Of a stretch of DNA of 64,000 bases, positions 61,405-64,000 are shown one piece after another; position 1 is the stretch's first letter; every line of letters starts with the position of its first letter. A program made the position numbers and the translations under genes. The notes beneath the pieces were generated by a model. That model was not told the origin of the DNA. It saw only the letters and a list, made by a program, of their open reading frames with translations, and did not search any database. Source of the DNA: Acidobacteriota bacterium (GTDB lineage: Bacteria; Acidobacteriota; Thermoanaerobaculia; Multivoradales; J023); NCBI GenBank assembly GCA_038748685.1, contig JBCDIS010000018.1:1-64000 (forward strand), in the 5' to 3' direction.

Positions 61405-62787
61405 ATGGATTCCGAGACCGGAGGCGAGACGCAGATGGGGGCATCGAAAGCGGCGGAGTTCATGCCGGCGGAACGGGTCGAGGAGGTCCTCGAGCAGGTG
61501 CTGGCGTCGTCCCCGGCGGACGAGACCGAGCTGGTCTGGTTCGAACGCCGCGTCGGCCGGGTCACCCAGGGTAGCAGGGGCGGAGGGGACCAGGATCGGC
61601 TGGAGGTTCCCAGGCTGACCGTGTTGGTGCGGGCGGTGGAGGGGCAGCGGCAGGGCTGGTATCGCACCGAGGTCCCCCTGGGCAACGAGTTGGAGAGCGG
61701 CCTTCGGCAGGCCCTGGCGCTGGCCAAGGTTCAGCCGAAGGCCCGCAAACGGCCCCTGCTGCCGGCGAAGGCGGAGGAAATCGCGCCGAGCCCGAACCTG
61801 GTGGATCCGGCGATCGACGGGCTGACCCTAGGGGACGCCCGAAGGCACCTGGGGTCCTGGTGTGGCGAGGACGTCCGCGGCGAGCTTCAGTGGTCGAGCA
61901 CCCGCCTGGCGGTCTTCAACAGCCACGGTCTGCGTCGGCGGGCGCGAACCACCGAAGTGAGCCTGCGGGTGACCGCCGGGGAGGGCCCTGGGGAAGGTCT
62001 GGGGGGGGCTTCGGCGCGATCCCTCGAGGCGCTCCGGGCGCCGGCCGTGGTGGAGCGGGCGCTGCGCTGGCGGGGGAGCGGCACGCCCGCTCCGATTCCG
62101 GAGCGTCCGGTTCCGCTGCTCCTGGCGCCGGAGGCGGTGGCGGAGCTGCTCAACCTCCTGAACATGTTCGCCTTCGCCGGGCGCGCCTACCTCGACGGCA
62201 CCTCCTTCCTGACGCGCCACCGCGGCATCCAGGTTTTCGATCGCGGGTTCGGCCTTCGGGACGACGGCACGCGGACCCCGGGGATGCCCTTCCCCTTCGA
62301 CCTCGAAGGGTCCGCCAAGCGTCCCCTGGACCTGATCGTCGAGGGGCAGCCTTCGACCCCCGCCCTCAACCTCTTCCAGGGCGGGGAGGCGGGGCTCGAG
62401 CCCACCGCCCAGTCCGTCGGCGGTCAGGACGCCTTCTTTGGCAATCTCTTCCTGCTGCCGGGGGGGGCGGGGGAGGAGGACCTGCTGGCGGCGGCCGACG
62501 GCGGACTGCGGATCGGCTGGCTGGAGACGCCGGAGTGCTACGACCCGACTCAGCTCGAGGTCCGGGTCAAGGCCCGGGGGGTGCGACGCATCGAAGGTGG
62601 GCGCCCCGGCCCGCCGGTGGCGGACCTGGTTTGGGAGGACAGCCTCCTGCGGTCCCTGGCCCGCCTCAAGGCAGTCGGGGACGATCCGGTGGTCCGCGCC
62701 ATGCCGTCGACCCCCCTGGGGGGCATCACGACTCCGTCCTTGGTGCTCGCCGAGGCGGGAGACCTCGGCCCCGCCCCTTCGAGCTGA
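61405..62787 (+). CDS. TldD/PmbA-family metalloprotease
   Basis: Modulator-of-DNA-gyrase fold with the conserved C-terminal G-rich region (FQGGEAGLEPTAQSVGGQDAFFGNLFLLPGGAGEEDLLAAADGGLRIGWL). The start could be 61435 or 61462. Confidence 0.7.
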   Translation: MDSETGGETQMGASKAAEFMPAERVEEVLEQVLASSPADETELVWFERRVGRVTQGSRGGGDQDRLEVPRLTVLVRAVEGQRQGWYRTEVPLGNELESGLRQALALAKVQPKARKRPLLPAKAEEIAPSPNLVDPAIDGLTLGDARRHLGSWCGEDVRGELQWSSTRLAVFNSHGLRRRARTTEVSLRVTAGEGPGEGLGGASARSLEALRAPAVVERALRWRGSGTPAPIPERPVPLLLAPEAVAELLNLLNMFAFAGRAYLDGTSFLTRHRGIQVFDRGFGLRDDGTRTPGMPFPFDLEGSAKRPLDLIVEGQPSTPALNLFQGGEAGLEPTAQSVGGQDAFFGNLFLLPGGAGEEDLLAAADGGLRIGWLETPECYDPTQLEVRVKARGVRRIEGGRPGPPVADLVWEDSLLRSLARLKAVGDDPVVRAMPSTPLGGITTPSLVLAEAGDLGPAPSS

Positions 62788-62790
62788 CGG

Positions 62791-64000
62791 TCAGCCGTCC
62801 CCGTCTTCGACGCGGCGGAGGAGCACGACGGTCTGGTCGTCCCCCTGGGGTTCCCCTTTGGCGAAGTGGATCATCGCGCAGTCGATCTCGGTGATGATGT
62901 CTTGCAGGGGGCGGTCCTGGTTACGACGGAGCAGCTCCACCAGACGCTCCAGTCCGTACTGCTCCTCGTCCGGCGCTTCGCATTCGGTGATGCCGTCGCT
63001 GTAGAGACACACCAGGTCCCCTGGCTCGAGGTCCAGGGCCGAGGAGCCGTAGTCCCCAAGCGGCAGAAGGCCGAGGGGTAGTCCCGCCGAGGACAGCTCC
63101 AGGACTTCGCCGTCCCTGCGGAGGAGGAGGCCCGGATTGTGGCCGGCGTTGAGGTAGGTGAAGCGGTGCCGGGTGGTGTCTAGGGACGCCATCAGCATGG
63201 TGATGAACTTGTTGGCCGCCGACGATTCGAAGATGTGGCGGTTGAGGCGCTGGATCAGGGACGGATCGACGTCCATGCGATCCAGCAGCACGTGCAGGGC
63301 GGAGTGCAGGGTCGAGACCAAAAGGGCCGCTGGCATTCCCTTGCCGGTCACGTCCCCCACCACCAGCACCCACTGGCCCTCCCCGAGGCCCTGGAAGTCG
63401 AAGTAGTCTCCGCCGATCTGGCGGGCGGGGCGGTTCCAGCCCAGAACTTCGAACCCAGGGATCTCGGGCATCTGCTCCGGGAGCAGCTGTTTCTGGATCT
63501 CGGCGGCGAGCTCCATTTCCCGCTCCAGGCGCTCTTTCTCCAGGGCGAGGCGGTGGAGCTTGGCGTTTTCCAGCGCGATGGCCGCCTGGGTGGCGAAAAG
63601 GTCGAGGGTGCGTCGGTCCGAGGGCGGGAAGGGGCCGACGCCGGTGCGGCTTTCCTTGTCCCCCACCACCAGCAGGCCCCGGGGGTCGCCGTGGATCTCC
63701 ACCGCCGCCGCCATCATGTGACTGGCGGCCGGCAACAGCTCCTCCGCCTCCCCGTCGCCGCCGACGATGGCGGCGACGTCGAGATCCTCGTCACGGAAGG
63801 TTTCCCGGGCGCTGCCGCCGAAACGGCTCACCAGGCGGTACCGACCGTCGTCGATGAGGTAGAGAGCCCCGCGACGGGCGTCGAGCAGGGAGACCGCCCG
63901 GAGCAGGACCTCTTCCCCGAGCTCTTCGAGATCGAGGGTGGCGGCGATCGCCAGGCCCACGTCGTAGAGGGCTTCGAGCTCCACCCCCCGGAACATCGCT
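62791..64000 (-). CDS. GAF-domain plus PP2C/SpoIIE-type serine phosphatase, 5' end beyond the window
   Basis: N-terminal GAF-like region, then PP2C motifs IGGDYFDF, LVVGDVTGKGMPAALLVS, YLNAGHNPGLLL and LVCLYSDGITE. The ORF is open to the window edge. Confidence 0.8.
   Translation of the reverse strand, partial: AMFRGVELEALYDVGLAIAATLDLEELGEEVLLRAVSLLDARRGALYLIDDGRYRLVSRFGGSARETFRDEDLDVAAIVGGDGEAEELLPAASHMMAAAVEIHGDPRGLLVVGDKESRTGVGPFPPSDRRTLDLFATQAAIALENAKLHRLALEKERLEREMELAAEIQKQLLPEQMPEIPGFEVLGWNRPARQIGGDYFDFQGLGEGQWVLVVGDVTGKGMPAALLVSTLHSALHVLLDRMDVDPSLIQRLNRHIFESSAANKFITMLMASLDTTRHRFTYLNAGHNPGLLLRRDGEVLELSSAGLPLGLLPLGDYGSSALDLEPGDLVCLYSDGITECEAPDEEQYGLERLVELLRRNQDRPLQDIITEIDCAMIHFAKGEPQGDDQTVVLLRRVEDGDG

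Noticed and set aside
1-64000. CRISPR arrays, tRNA/rRNA genes, IS elements or integrases
   Set aside because: No regularly spaced direct repeats, no cloverleaf-like conserved tRNA stretches, and no transposase/integrase-like ORFs were seen. The only mobile-element-related candidate is the Rpn/DUF4351 gene.

Overview
This is a 64 kb, roughly 70% GC bacterial chromosomal window, densely coding on both strands with about 50 supportable CDS. The six-frame track contains many long proline/arginine/glycine-rich ORFs in shadow frames or antisense to real genes; these are typical of high-GC DNA and were rejected. No rRNA, tRNA, CRISPR array or clear mobile element was seen. Housekeeping genes include UvrA, glycyl-tRNA synthetase, RmuC, an MscS channel, pirin, a LysR regulator, an isochorismatase-family hydrolase, a YeiH-family transporter, a YigZ/IMPACT protein, a thiolase, CysQ, Pcm, TldD/PmbA, and a conserved seven-gene RDD/SpoIIM/DUF4129/DUF4350/MoxR/DUF58 cluster. 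The accessory content is more interesting. First, a three-gene operon (SIR2-like protein, small protein, SMC/Rad50-like ABC ATPase) is joined by GTGA and ATGA start/stop overlaps and looks like a Lamassu-type (Sir2-effector) anti-phage system. Second, an OsmC/Ohr-family peroxidase gene has a single in-frame TGA exactly where the peroxidatic cysteine should be, so it is a selenoprotein candidate. Third, a monocistronic 1916-aa giant protein carries a dynein/MoxR-like AAA_5 module; it lies next to an AT-rich palindromic operator, a DUF4143 ATPase and an Rpn/DUF4351-type nuclease-like gene. Fourth, a cell-surface cluster contains a fused double-membrane-domain GT-C-like protein coupled by a GTGA overlap to an O-antigen-ligase-family protein with a C-terminal TPR domain, followed by a secreted beta-propeller protein and an IPTL-CTERM sorting-signal protein. 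Also present are an NfeD(YqiJ)/long-flotillin pair, an ECF sigma factor directly coupled to a Ser/Thr kinase with TPR repeats, an LCAT-like lipoprotein lipase, and an orphan 667-aa secreted protein. All calls come from reading the sequence and ORF translations; no database search was run.
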